Origin: an uncultured delta proteobacterium
GTDB lineage: Bacteria; Desulfobacterota; Desulfovibrionia; Desulfovibrionales; Desulfovibrionaceae
Assembly: GCA_900079685.1 (NCBI GenBank)
Contig: LT599018.1
Location: forward strand, 2,909,990-2,973,989
DNA: 64,000 nt
Direction of reading: 5' to 3'
The translations under genes were made by a program, and so were the position numbers. The notes under the pieces were generated by a model. The model made no database searches. It saw only the letters and a program-made list of their open reading frames with translations, and had not been told where the DNA came from. Shown here piece after piece: positions 20,473 through 30,125 of this stretch (the stretch's first letter is position 1; each line of letters begins with the position of its first letter).

Positions 20473-22794
20473 CTAATAAAAAAAAGCGTCATGGCCGGCA
20501 GCTCCTGCCGCACGGTGGCGATATTCATGAGGGGGCCGTTGCGTCTGCGACACCGTTTCGTCATCCGCAAAGACAAATTGCTGGTGAAAACATCCCTTTT
20601 CCACGAATTCGCACAGCAGACGCACCAGCTTGTCGCGCCCCTGGGCGGTTGCGATCATTTTCTCGGGCAATCGCTGGCTGACGAAAACGCCGTTAAGGGC
20701 GCGATCCAAGCTGATTCTGCCCAGAGAGGCGGCGACCCCGGCATATCCCTTGTCGTTCGCGTCGTGCTTGGGGCTCAGCCCGTCGGCGAGAGGGAATCCC
20801 GCCAGTCGGCCGTCCGGAGATGCCGCGGTTTTCGCGCCGAGGCCGATATGGGTTCCTTCCGAGCACAATGCAGGCCAGAACCGGCCGTTGCGGTAGTTGC
20901 CATGTTTTTCCACGATGTCGAAGTACCGGTCGGCAACACGCGCGGCCAGGAGGTCCACGGACTCAATACCGTTGCCGAATTTGGGCAGGCTTGTAAGCGC
21001 CCGTTGACGCAACATTTTGTTTCCGCGAAAATTTTGGGCCAGAATGTCCCGAAACTCCGCGAACGTCAGCCGTTTTTCTTCAAATACAAAAGTCCGGACC
21101 GCCTCGAGCGAATCCGCGCAATTGGGCAGCCCCACGCCAAGCAGCCCGGTAGTGTTGTAACGGGCGCCGCCAGCCGTTGCCTCGCGGCCCTTTTCCAGGC
21201 AGCCGCCGATAAACAAACTGAGAAAGGGGAGCGGCATGATTTGCTGGTGGATATGGTCGGCAAGATTGGCATCACACAGTTGCAGGCTTGCGGCGTACTC
21301 CATCTGACGGTCAAATATCCGCAAGAAACATTCAAAGCGCTCACAGCCCTCAACAGGGGCATGCAAACCCAGCGGAGAGCCGAACAAAATGTCGCGCCCG
21401 TCACCGAGTGTGACTTCCAGCACTTTCGCTATATTGAGGCAGCCGCCATGACAGCGTCCCCAATGGCTGCCGACAGTGACTACGCTCCCGCCGGCGGGGA
21501 TATAATCCCGAGCTTCGGAAAGCGGTATGCCGTATCGCTCCAAGGCCGGGACGACACGTTCGTCGTTCACCACCTGGGGCATGCCGTTGCCGCAACACAG
21601 GCTTTGAACAATGCTTTCCAGGAAGTTTTCCGGGGTCAACCTGTGGAGGCGGGCCGTTACGTTTGGCTGGGTCAGGCCAATATGGCTGTTGGCTTGCAAG
21701 CACATGTGGGAAAGGGGGTTGGTCGCGTCCTCGCCATCGTTTCCGAGGCCGCCCACCGTCAAATTTTGTCCCGCGGCATACCCGGCATGCGCTTCCGCGG
21801 CCCCATCCTCGCCCAGCCGGATAATTTCACAAAATTTGAGGAACAACATGTCGATCAGTTCCTGCGCGGCTTCCGGCGAGATGGCGCCTTCCGTCAGGTC
21901 ACGTTTCAAAAACGGCCACATGTATTGATCAAAGCGGCCGGGGGTTATGGCGGATCCATTTGATTCTATATGCGCGGCAAGATGCATGAACCAAAATGCT
22001 TGAACCGCTTCCCGGAAATTCCGCGCCGGGTGCAAAGGGATACGCTCCAGCAAGGCAGCCATTGTATCCAATTCGGCAAGGCGGTCCGGATCGTCTTCAC
22101 GGGCGGTTAAATCCAGGACCAGTTTTTGGTGGCGCCGCGCCAAGGTCGCCAAGCCTTGGCACACTTCCAGGCAGGCATGGTACAATGTTACCTTTTCCGC
22201 GTGTTGCGGATCCGTGACCGGCAAATCTTTGAGGCGCTGCTCCAACTCCTCGCGGATTCCCAGAATCCCGACACGCAGAAGTTTGTCATAGTCCGGGGAG
22301 ACTTGCGCAAATCCGCTCCATGCGTGGGGTCCGTAAATCAGCCCGGCTTCGACCGCGGCTTTTATGGACGGAGGGCGCAAAGCCGAAAACGCATCGGCCA
22401 GCGTTTTCCCCCGCCAATAGGGGGCGAGTGCCCGCAAGGCGCCGCAGGTTTCCGGGGAGATGAAAATCCGGTTGGATTGTTTCGTTTTACCTGAGTCCAG
22501 GGTGTGGATAAATTCGATGCCGGCCTCGGGGAAAACCTCAACGCCGCGAGGTTTGGAGGCCGGGTGTCCCATGATGACCTCGCCCGGGTCAATAAAAATG
22601 GGCATCCGGGCTAATGTCTCACGCAGAGCGACGGCACGGGTGAGTACTCTCGGCGAGGCTTCCATGGACCGATATACTTCAGTATAGACAACGGCCCGCT
22701 CACTGCACATCTGGGGGGAACGGCTCAGGAAAAGCTCCTTCAAGCCTTGAACCCGTATGCTGGTGTTGCTGTTGATTATATTGGGAATCACCAT
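20473..22794 (-). CDS. glycyl-radical-enzyme (PFL2/eliminase)-fold protein lacking canonical radical residues
   Basis: 773 aa with GRE blocks ITPGRFDQYMWPF, NLTVGGLG, NGMPQVVND, GGARYNTTG and SPDGRLAGFPLADGLSP. The Cys loop reads DYIPAGGSVV and the C-terminus reads RAAGAAGHDAFFY*. Confidence 0.8.
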   Translation of the reverse strand: MVIPNIINSNTSIRVQGLKELFLSRSPQMCSERAVVYTEVYRSMEASPRVLTRAVALRETLARMPIFIDPGEVIMGHPASKPRGVEVFPEAGIEFIHTLDSGKTKQSNRIFISPETCGALRALAPYWRGKTLADAFSALRPPSIKAAVEAGLIYGPHAWSGFAQVSPDYDKLLRVGILGIREELEQRLKDLPVTDPQHAEKVTLYHACLEVCQGLATLARRHQKLVLDLTAREDDPDRLAELDTMAALLERIPLHPARNFREAVQAFWFMHLAAHIESNGSAITPGRFDQYMWPFLKRDLTEGAISPEAAQELIDMLFLKFCEIIRLGEDGAAEAHAGYAAGQNLTVGGLGNDGEDATNPLSHMCLQANSHIGLTQPNVTARLHRLTPENFLESIVQSLCCGNGMPQVVNDERVVPALERYGIPLSEARDYIPAGGSVVTVGSHWGRCHGGCLNIAKVLEVTLGDGRDILFGSPLGLHAPVEGCERFECFLRIFDRQMEYAASLQLCDANLADHIHQQIMPLPFLSLFIGGCLEKGREATAGGARYNTTGLLGVGLPNCADSLEAVRTFVFEEKRLTFAEFRDILAQNFRGNKMLRQRALTSLPKFGNGIESVDLLAARVADRYFDIVEKHGNYRNGRFWPALCSEGTHIGLGAKTAASPDGRLAGFPLADGLSPKHDANDKGYAGVAASLGRISLDRALNGVFVSQRLPEKMIATAQGRDKLVRLLCEFVEKGCFHQQFVFADDETVSQTQRPPHEYRHRAAGAAGHDAFFY

Positions 22795-22904
22795 ACCTTG
22801 GCCTCAACCACGCCTCGTGTTGTCGTGAAATGTGTTCCCTTTTCCGCCAGCCCGCTCCATTGGACATTGCCCGCGGAGTTTCCGCCCGAATGGTGGAGGC
22901 AAAA

Positions 22905-22919
22905 GCAATCGGCGTGCCA
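22905..22919 (-). promoter_or_regulatory. sigma-54 (-24/-12) promoter of the GRE-like operon
   Basis: Minus strand reads TGGCACGCCGATTGCT, matching the consensus TGGCAC-N5-TTGCW. It lies about 110 nt upstream of the start codon at 22794. Confidence 0.75.
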
Positions 22920-23006
22920 TCCGCGCAAGTGAGGTGCGGCGGTTGGCGGATAATGCGTTTCAGGCAGGAAGCAATGACAGGGAGGATAGATAAAAATGAG
23001 ACAAAC

Positions 23007-23034
23007 GTGACAATTTGAGGCATTGACTTGTCAC
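23007..23034. promoter_or_regulatory. candidate upstream activator site (inverted repeat)
   Basis: GTGACAA-N14-TTGTCAC, with an extra GAGACAA half-site at 22998-23004. It lies about 100 bp upstream of the sigma-54 promoter, in the divergent intergenic region shared with the activator gene. Confidence 0.5.
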
Positions 23035-23070
23035 AGTTGGCCCAGTATTGTGCCGCCAAAGGGAGGCTCT

Positions 23071-25179
23071 ATGGACATCCGCGATCTTTCTTCTCCTGAG
23101 GCGCAGGAAAAAACCCGGCAGGCCAAGGAGCAGTTCCGCCTGGGCGTACCGGTTGATGAACGCTCCGTGCGCAAGGAAATTCTGGAGTCGTGGCAGCGCT
23201 CCCGCTCATACGGCCTGGATTTCGAGACGGCCGACAAATCCCTGATTTCTCCCGCCGCGTTGAAAAAACGCATCCGAGAGCGCCAGGTGCTGTATGATAT
23301 TGCCGCGCCCGTCATAGACAAATTGTATGACTTCACCACAGGATCGGGCTTTCTCTCAATACTTTGCGATGAAGAGGGGTACGTTCTCAAAACCATTGGC
23401 GACGATGAAATACGGGCCGCCGCGCAAAAAAATCTGTTGGTTGAAGGGTGCAATCGCAGCGAGCGGCGGATAGGCACCAACGGTATCGGCACTCCGCTGG
23501 TGACGCATACCCCCATTCAGGTTTTTGGAGAGGAGCATTTCCACTCGCCCCACAATAACAGAGTCTGTTCCGGCGCGCCGATATTCGGCCCGGGCGGCGT
23601 GCCCATCGGTGTCTTCTGCCTGACAGGGAGGAGCGAGACCGTTTCCTTTCATACGCTCGGTCTTGCCGTTTCCGTTGCGAACGACATTTCACAGCAAATC
23701 AGGATGCTGCAGGCTTACAATACCGTGGACAGGCTGCAAAAGCAGGCGGAACTCATAGTGGAAACCGTGCCTTCGGGCATTTTGCTGATGAATAAGGATC
23801 TGGAGATTATCCGCACGAACTCCCGGGGGGCGGCTTTGCTGCATAAACCTCAAAATGAGATAATGGGCAAGAAGCTTCACGAAATTCTGCACAGAGAGCC
23901 GTTTTCACCGGATAACCTGGAAGAGACGATTGACGACCAAAAGGTTTGTATTGAGGAGGGCGGGAGAAAAACCAATTTTATTTTTACGCTCAACGCGGCC
24001 AGCAAGGACCATTACGTCGTGACGTTCGTAAAAACGGAATCCTTGCAGAAAAAAATACACAGACTCATCGGTTCCGAAGCGTACTTCACCTTCGATGACA
24101 TTATCGGACGCTCTTCGGGGATCCAGAACGCGATCGCCTTGGCGAAAATAGCCTCCGGCAACAGGTCGACCGTGCTGCTGACCGGTGAAAGCGGCACGGG
24201 CAAAGAGCTTTTTGCTCAAGCCATACATAATGCCGGCCCCCGGCGGGATGCCCCGTTCGTGGTGCTCAACTGCGCGGCCTTGCCCAAAAGCCTTATCGAG
24301 AGCGAGTTGTTCGGTTATGAAAACGGCGCGTTTACCGGCGCGCGGCGGGAAGGGTACGCCGGAAAGTTTGAATTGGCGAACGGCGGGACGATCTTTCTGG
24401 ACGAGATCGGGGACATGCCTTTGGATGTTCAGGCGAGCCTGTTGCGGGTGCTGCAAAACAGGGAAGTCAGCCGGATCGGCAGCACAAGGGCCACCAAACT
24501 GGACGTGCGCATTATTGCGGCCACCAACATAAATTTGCCGGAATCCATCAAGAATAATGCGTTCAGAGGGGATTTGTACTACCGGCTTAACGTTTTTAAT
24601 ATTCATATCCCCCCGCTCCGGGAACGCCCGGCGGATATTCGTGCGCTTGCGGAGTACTTTTTGCACAAGTATGCGGAATTCTCATCCCGTCCCGTCCGCG
24701 GTTTCAGCGAGGAAGCGTTTCGCGCTTTGGAAGGCCACAGCTGGTACGGCAATATCCGCGAGCTGGAGAATATTATTGAACGCGCAATCTACGTTGCGCG
24801 TTCAGAGTTCCTGACGGTCGAGGAAATTCATCTGGTGAGCAATTTTCCCTCCACGGATCATGTTGAAACGGTTCCTTCCCCCAAACCCGCCCCGGTATCT
24901 TCCGCCAGCCCGGACTTTATGGGCTTTTCGCCTCAGGGCGGCCTGGACCTCCCCTCCTTATTCGAGGCGGAAGATCCCCTTGCCGCCATTGAATATGCGC
25001 TCACCGCCGCCAACGGCAACATCTCCCGGGCCGCCGAGATGTTGTGCGCAAACCGGCGCACGCTTTACCGCAAACTCCACAGCTACGGGCTTGATCCAAA
25101 ACAATTGCGTCGCCAAGCCAAACGGAAAAAATCCAGCGGCGGCGCGTTGCCTGGCGTGCCAAACTCGCTGAACAAATAA
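23071..25179 (+). CDS. sigma-54-dependent transcriptional activator (sensor domain - PAS - AAA+ - Fis HTH)
   Basis: Walker [15 protein letters not shown]-type loop [17 protein letters not shown]-terminal HTH. Start at MDIRDL, preceded by GGGAGG. Confidence 0.9.
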   Translation: MDIRDLSSPEAQEKTRQAKEQFRLGVPVDERSVRKEILESWQRSRSYGLDFETADKSLISPAALKKRIRERQVLYDIAAPVIDKLYDFTTGSGFLSILCDEEGYVLKTIGDDEIRAAAQKNLLVEGCNRSERRIGTNGIGTPLVTHTPIQVFGEEHFHSPHNNRVCSGAPIFGPGGVPIGVFCLTGRSETVSFHTLGLAVSVANDISQQIRMLQAYNTVDRLQKQAELIVETVPSGILLMNKDLEIIRTNSRGAALLHKPQNEIMGKKLHEILHREPFSPDNLEETIDDQKVCIEEGGRKTNFIFTLNAASKDHYVVTFVKTESLQKKIHRLIGSEAYFTFDDIIGRSSGIQNAIALAKIASGNRSTVLLTGESGTGKELFAQAIHNAGPRRDAPFVVLNCAALPKSLIESELFGYENGAFTGARREGYAGKFELANGGTIFLDEIGDMPLDVQASLLRVLQNREVSRIGSTRATKLDVRIIAATNINLPESIKNNAFRGDLYYRLNVFNIHIPPLRERPADIRALAEYFLHKYAEFSSRPVRGFSEEAFRALEGHSWYGNIRELENIIERAIYVARSEFLTVEEIHLVSNFPSTDHVETVPSPKPAPVSSASPDFMGFSPQGGLDLPSLFEAEDPLAAIEYALTAANGNISRAAEMLCANRRTLYRKLHSYGLDPKQLRRQAKRKKSSGGALPGVPNSLNK

Positions 25180-25294
25180 CCGCTTGTTCTTGGCGTGTAA
25201 AATCATTGTCTCATTTGTCACAAAATTAGTGTTATCTGCATGGGTATTTTGTGGCATATGAGATTTTTGTGTGCCGTTATTCGACTTTCTGGCT

Positions 25295-27082
25295 TTATTT
25301 GCATTCCGGCCAGCCGGTGCAGCCCCAGAAATCGTAGCCGCCCTTGCCGTCTTTGCCGGGCTTTTTCACCCGGCGCACCATAGGCTTGCCACATTTTTCG
25401 CAGACCTTGCCTGTGGCCTTGGCAAAGGCCTGGAGTTCCTGTTTCAGGCGGGCATGAGCCTCACTGATCACGGAGTGGTAGTCGGCTTTGCCTGCGGCGA
25501 TGTCATCCAGCGCCTGTTCCATCTGGCGGGTAAACTTGTATTCCACGAAGCTGAAGTTGTCGCGCAACTTATCCACCACCATAACACCCAGCGGCGTGGG
25601 GGTGAGGAAGCGTTTTTCAGTTTTGACGTAGCCCCGGCTCATGATGGTATCCAGGATAGCGGCATAAGTGGACGGGCGACCAATGCCGCGCTTTTCCAAT
25701 TCGCGGATCAGGCTGGCTTCGGTGAATCGGGCAGCGGGTTTGGTCTTTTTGGTCAACACCGTGCCGGTCAGCGCCGTGGGCCTGGTTCCCGGCTTCATGG
25801 CCGGAACCGGGTTTTCCGGTTCCGTAGCGTCTTCAACATCATCCGCGGTCACATCTCCCGCTGTCAGCACCTTCCAACCTTGGGAAAGGAGCGTCCGCCC
25901 CTTGGCTTCAAAGAGCGCCTGTTTGCCGTCCAGATCCGCAGCTAGCTGAAGCACCCGCACGGCGTACACGGCGTCTTCCAGCTGGCTGGCTAGCGAGCGC
26001 AGGCGGATCAGCCGGTACAGAGCCTTTTCATCGGCGGTTTCGCCTGCTTCCTCGATTTCTATATGCGTGGGGCGAATGGCTTCATGCGCTTCCTGTGCGC
26101 CTTCTTTCGACTTCCAGGAGCGTGGATTTTCCACCAGCGGCCAGCCCTGGCCTTCGCAGAAGGCGCGAATCGCATCCCCGGCGTCCTGCGAAAGGTTGTG
26201 AGAGTCCGTTCTCATGTAGGTGATCGCCCCTTGTTCATAGAGGCGTTGCGCCAATTGCATGGTTTGCTTGGGCGTGAATTTCAGAGCGTTGGAGGCAGCC
26301 TGTTGCAGGCTGGAGGTGGTAAAGGGAGCCGGAGGCGCGGAGCGGCTTTCCGACTCTTTGCAGTCTACGACTTCAAGGGAGCGGAGCGCCGCCGCTTTTT
26401 CGGCCAGGGCTTTATCAAGCAGGTATTCCTGACCGTCTTCAAGCCACGGCTTGACCAGCCATGTGGCCTTCCAGCCGTCCGTGATGTTGTCTACGTTCTC
26501 AAAGCTCAGCTCCGCGCCGTAGTGGGTTGTGCTGCGAAAATCCTGAATTTCCCGCTCGCGCTCCACCACCAGACGTACAGCCGGACTCTGTACCCGGCCG
26601 GCCGACAGCTTCTCGCCGGCCACATTGGAAAGAGGCCCGCTGACCATATAGCCGCAGAAGCGATCCAGAACCCGCCGCCCTTCCTGCGCAGCCACCAGGG
26701 CCATGTCTATGGAGCGCGGCACATCAAGCGCGGCTTTGATGGCCTTTTCTGTGATTTCCGCATAGGTGACGCGCTTGGCGTCCTTGAGCTTCAGAGCGTC
26801 TTGGATATGCCAGGCGATGGCTTCCCCTTCGCGGTCAGGGTCGGTGGCCAGGTAGACGGCTTCCACGTTTTTGACCAGCCCAGCCAGACGGGAGAGAACA
26901 TCTTTGCCCCTGTCCGTGGGAATGTATTTCGGTTTGAAACCCGGCGCGGCCACGCCCATTTCCTTGATAGGCAGATCGCGCACATGGCCGACCGAGGCCA
27001 CAACCTTCCAGTCGGAACCGAGGATTTCCTGCACCTTTTTCACTTTGCCGGGGGATTCGAGAATAAGCAGTTTTGAGCACAT
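25295..27082 (-). CDS. type IA DNA topoisomerase (TraE/Topo III-like, mobile-element type)
   Basis: Toprim N-terminus LLILESPGKVKKV...VGHVRDLP and a C-terminal zinc ribbon CEKCGKPMV...WGCTGWPEC. Confidence 0.85.
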   Translation of the reverse strand: MCSKLLILESPGKVKKVQEILGSDWKVVASVGHVRDLPIKEMGVAAPGFKPKYIPTDRGKDVLSRLAGLVKNVEAVYLATDPDREGEAIAWHIQDALKLKDAKRVTYAEITEKAIKAALDVPRSIDMALVAAQEGRRVLDRFCGYMVSGPLSNVAGEKLSAGRVQSPAVRLVVEREREIQDFRSTTHYGAELSFENVDNITDGWKATWLVKPWLEDGQEYLLDKALAEKAAALRSLEVVDCKESESRSAPPAPFTTSSLQQAASNALKFTPKQTMQLAQRLYEQGAITYMRTDSHNLSQDAGDAIRAFCEGQGWPLVENPRSWKSKEGAQEAHEAIRPTHIEIEEAGETADEKALYRLIRLRSLASQLEDAVYAVRVLQLAADLDGKQALFEAKGRTLLSQGWKVLTAGDVTADDVEDATEPENPVPAMKPGTRPTALTGTVLTKKTKPAARFTEASLIRELEKRGIGRPSTYAAILDTIMSRGYVKTEKRFLTPTPLGVMVVDKLRDNFSFVEYKFTRQMEQALDDIAAGKADYHSVISEAHARLKQELQAFAKATGKVCEKCGKPMVRRVKKPGKDGKGGYDFWGCTGWPECK

Positions 27083-27154
27083 GACATTTTCCTTATGAAG
27101 GCCGTCATGCGGCGCGGGGTTGGGGCGCGAGGCTCGCAGGAATATTATGAGAAG

Positions 27155-27910
27155 CTACGCGGCCTGTTGAGGAGGTTGATGTGAACGGCGAGCAGCCTCT
27201 CCGGAAAAGCGTTTGTCCAGGTCAGAAACAGAGTGTTTCCCGGCATATTGCCGATACGGCTCCGGGAGCCATGATTCCATTTCCAACATACGCTGCCAGA
27301 ATGCCGGGAAGTGATGGTATAACTTTTCAGCCTGCGCAATGCCGCCCAACGGACAGCACCAGCAGCTTACGCGGTCAAAAATACCATATAAGCCGCCCCA
27401 GGTCAGACCGCGCTCCCTGCAATACGCCAAAGCGTGTTCTTCAGAGATCCCCCATTCCACCATCGGATAGGCATAGCATTGAAAGCGTGGAGCCTTCTTT
27501 GCCCTGTGCTTTTCCACGCGGTCAGGCTCATCGGAGGCATAGCCGAGGCATTGAACGGCAGGAAGGCTAATTCCCTGCCAGGTCAGGGAGTTGACGTATG
27601 CGTTGATAGCGCGGGTCTTTTCTCCAGTACACCAGCGCCGCATTGCAGAGGGCCAACCGTAACCCTGGCGTGTATTTTGAATATTTCGCGTGCGGGCTTT
27701 CCGCGCCAAGATAAAATCAAAACTTTCGCGGGGAACGAGGCGGGTAATTTTTTGCTTGATAATGTCTTCAACCTGCGCAATATGCGCCTCCATATGGGGA
27801 AATTCCCAACCAGTATCAAAATAAACAATATCGGTCATTTTGATGCCAAGCTCATGAAGCCGCAGCACAAGATAGGTGCTGTCTTTCCCACCAGAGAAAG
27901 ACGGAATCAT
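27155..27910 (-). CDS. PAPS-reductase-like adenine-nucleotide alpha-hydrolase family protein
   Basis: PP-loop SFSGGKDST at the N-terminus and a Cys-rich C-terminal part (VSCWCCPLG). GGAG lies upstream of the ATG. Confidence 0.75.
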   Translation of the reverse strand: MIPSFSGGKDSTYLVLRLHELGIKMTDIVYFDTGWEFPHMEAHIAQVEDIIKQKITRLVPRESFDFILARKARTRNIQNTRQGYGWPSAMRRWCTGEKTRAINAYVNSLTWQGISLPAVQCLGYASDEPDRVEKHRAKKAPRFQCYAYPMVEWGISEEHALAYCRERGLTWGGLYGIFDRVSCWCCPLGGIAQAEKLYHHFPAFWQRMLEMESWLPEPYRQYAGKHSVSDLDKRFSGEAARRSHQPPQQAA

Positions 27911-27930
27911 TGTTGCTCTCCGCCAAGCCT

Positions 27931-29928
27931 TCATAAAGCCAACTCCCGCGTCTTCCCCTTGTCACGGGATTTGTCCGTAGCCTGTTGCAACACAAGGCCA
28001 ACCTGCTTTTTCACTTCATCAAGCCCGCGTGACTGGTGCAGATCGTTGAAATCGGTCAGGCCTCGTGCTCGCTCCTCTTCATTGAAGATCGGGGCTACGA
28101 CCTTGCCGCCCACGGGTTTTTCCGTTGCCATGTGCAGGCTCGCACCGGTTGCGTAACCTTCGGCCAGCAAGATTTCGCCTTGGGAGAGGTCTTTGCCGGG
28201 TTCGGCGATCAGGTGGTAATTGCCGTTTTTCTCCATGCCGGATTGAAAGCGTTTCTGGCCTTCCGGAGAAATGTATTGCAGGCCGCGCAAGTCACCCTCG
28301 ACGTTTTGCGCCGGAACCATCAGGTTGCCGTCCAGATCCTCCCGAACACCAAGCGGCGGAACACCCTTTTTCTGGAGATAGGCATTTTCCGCTGTCGCCC
28401 AATCGTGGCCGATCCATTCCGCATGTGCGTCACGCGCAGCCGAATGCTGGCGCTCAATAATAGCCTGCTGCCGCTCTTCCCGTTTTCGGGCGATTTCCGC
28501 TCGCTGGACAGCCAACTGCTCTTTGGTCAAGGTGTGGTCGGACGCCGCCCAGGTATGTTTTTCTCCCGCGCTGAAATCCTGCATCCACCCGGCAGGTCTC
28601 TCGTCCAGGAAGCCGCAATATGCGCCGTCCAAATCGCCCCGGCTTTTGCCGATGATCGGAACGCGATGGATCTGGCCGTCCATGATCGGCTCTTTGCCGC
28701 CCAAATCCAGGCCAAACTGTTCCAGAGCCCTGGAAAACTCTTCCTGCGGCGGCATGGTGATTTGCGGCTCCAGCGCGATGGCCTTTTCCGGCAGCCAGGC
28801 GGAAAGCTGGTTCAGGTCTGTGCCTTCCGGCGCGTACCAGAGCTTGTTGTCCTTGTCCCACTTCGCTCCCAGCTTCTTGGCCTGCTCTTTTTCCTTGTAC
28901 GGTACAGCCAGGAACGTCTTTTCCGTGGCCGGATTTGCCGGAACGCCCATCGCCGCTATGCCCTCGTCACGTTCCACATTGCGTTCAGGCCGCACCGCCT
29001 GTTCCTGCGCCAGCTCTTTTTTCATTTCCAGCCCCAGGATGTATTCCTTGATCTGCTCCGCGTCCCGACAGGCCCGGACTATTTCATAGGGGTCATCCTC
29101 CAGCGCCTTGACCCAGGAGTTCACATACGAGGCGTGATGTTCCGGATCATGCGGGATGCCGATGTCCTGACCGAGCATCCAGGAGGCGATTTCCGCCCGC
29201 AGCTCTTCTCTGGCGTACATTTCGGAGCCGAACGGCCCGTTTTCCCGATCCAGACGGCTGGAGTGGCGCGTCCAGTGTCCGAGTTCATGCAGGGCCGTTC
29301 CGTAATACAAGCCGGGCTCTTCAAAGTTTTCACGCGGCGGCAGATGGATGGAGTCGGTGCCGTAACGGTAAAATGCGCGGTTGCTCTGGTCGTGGTTGAT
29401 GTTCGCGCCGGAGGCAGAGAGAATATTTTCCGCCTTTTCCACCGGCTCCCATTCAAAGGCCTTGTCCGTGAGTTCCAGGGGCGGCATTCCTTCGATCTGC
29501 TCTGCATTGAAGACGTGGGCAAAACGCATGATCGGCTTGTCCAATTCCACGGTCATTTTTTCCGGCTTGCCGTCCTCGCCGAGAACAGGTTTGCCGTCTT
29601 CGCCCAGACGATCCTGTTCTTTGCTGAACTGGAAATAGACCACGGGCGTGGCCTTGCTGCCGGGCATGATGCGCATATCCTTTTCGTTAGCCTGGCGCAG
29701 GGTCATCCAGCGCGGATCGTCATAGCCGGAAAGGGCCAGATGCACCCGGTTCATGCCCCGATAGACCGTTCCGGAAGCCGGATTGTGCGGCGCGGCAATG
29801 GTTTTTCCGGGATGCCAGGGCTGTTGCCAGGGTGCGGTTCCTTCCTTCAGGCGCTCGATGATCTTTTCCGCGAACTCTTCATGAAAGGGGGGGCGCTTGG
29901 GCTTGTCGGATTTGTTACCGTTCTTCAT
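27931..29928 (-). CDS. ArdC-like ssDNA-binding/zincin metallopeptidase fused to a Toprim primase-like domain
   Basis: ArdC N-terminus (TAPWQQPWH, GTVYRGMNRVHLAL), HExxH (ALHELGHW), a KKLGAKWDKDNKLWYAP module, and a Toprim-like C-terminus (ILLAEGYATGAS). GGAGG precedes the ATG at 29928. Confidence 0.8.
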   Translation of the reverse strand: MKNGNKSDKPKRPPFHEEFAEKIIERLKEGTAPWQQPWHPGKTIAAPHNPASGTVYRGMNRVHLALSGYDDPRWMTLRQANEKDMRIMPGSKATPVVYFQFSKEQDRLGEDGKPVLGEDGKPEKMTVELDKPIMRFAHVFNAEQIEGMPPLELTDKAFEWEPVEKAENILSASGANINHDQSNRAFYRYGTDSIHLPPRENFEEPGLYYGTALHELGHWTRHSSRLDRENGPFGSEMYAREELRAEIASWMLGQDIGIPHDPEHHASYVNSWVKALEDDPYEIVRACRDAEQIKEYILGLEMKKELAQEQAVRPERNVERDEGIAAMGVPANPATEKTFLAVPYKEKEQAKKLGAKWDKDNKLWYAPEGTDLNQLSAWLPEKAIALEPQITMPPQEEFSRALEQFGLDLGGKEPIMDGQIHRVPIIGKSRGDLDGAYCGFLDERPAGWMQDFSAGEKHTWAASDHTLTKEQLAVQRAEIARKREERQQAIIERQHSAARDAHAEWIGHDWATAENAYLQKKGVPPLGVREDLDGNLMVPAQNVEGDLRGLQYISPEGQKRFQSGMEKNGNYHLIAEPGKDLSQGEILLAEGYATGASLHMATEKPVGGKVVAPIFNEEERARGLTDFNDLHQSRGLDEVKKQVGLVLQQATDKSRDKGKTRELAL

Positions 29929-30121
29929 ACAGCACCTCCCCCTGGGCGTTGATGGTGAGCAGCGCGTCTTCAATCAGATCCGCCAGGATAATGGCGTCTT
30001 CCTGAAACGCGCCCATGTGTTCAGCCACGTCCGGATCAAGCGGAACGTAAAGCCCTGGATCGTCCGTAATCTGTTGAGCCGCAGCTCTCGCGGCGGCGGC
30101 AAGGTATTCTTTGTGGGTCAT
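29915..30121 (-). CDS. small hypothetical protein in the transfer cluster
   Basis: 68-aa ORF (MTHKEYLAAAARAAAQQ...) packed tightly between traF and the ArdC/primase gene. No family recognised. Confidence 0.4.
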   Translation of the reverse strand: MTHKEYLAAAARAAAQQITDDPGLYVPLDPDVAEHMGAFQEDAIILADLIEDALLTINAQGEVLYEER

Positions 30122-30125
30122 AGTG

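Noticed and set aside
20443-21963. 506-aa plus-strand ORF
   Set aside because: Antisense to the GRE-fold gene. Low-complexity, Arg/Ala/Gly-rich translation.
25236-25262. Possible sigma-54 promoter TGGCATATGAGATTTTTGT downstream of the activator gene
   Set aside because: The GG-to-GC spacing does not fit the -24/-12 consensus, there is no TTGC element at the right distance, and it points into the 3' end of a convergent gene.
28036-29952. 638-aa plus-strand ORF
   Set aside because: Antisense to the ArdC/primase gene, which has clear motifs and a Shine-Dalgarno sequence.
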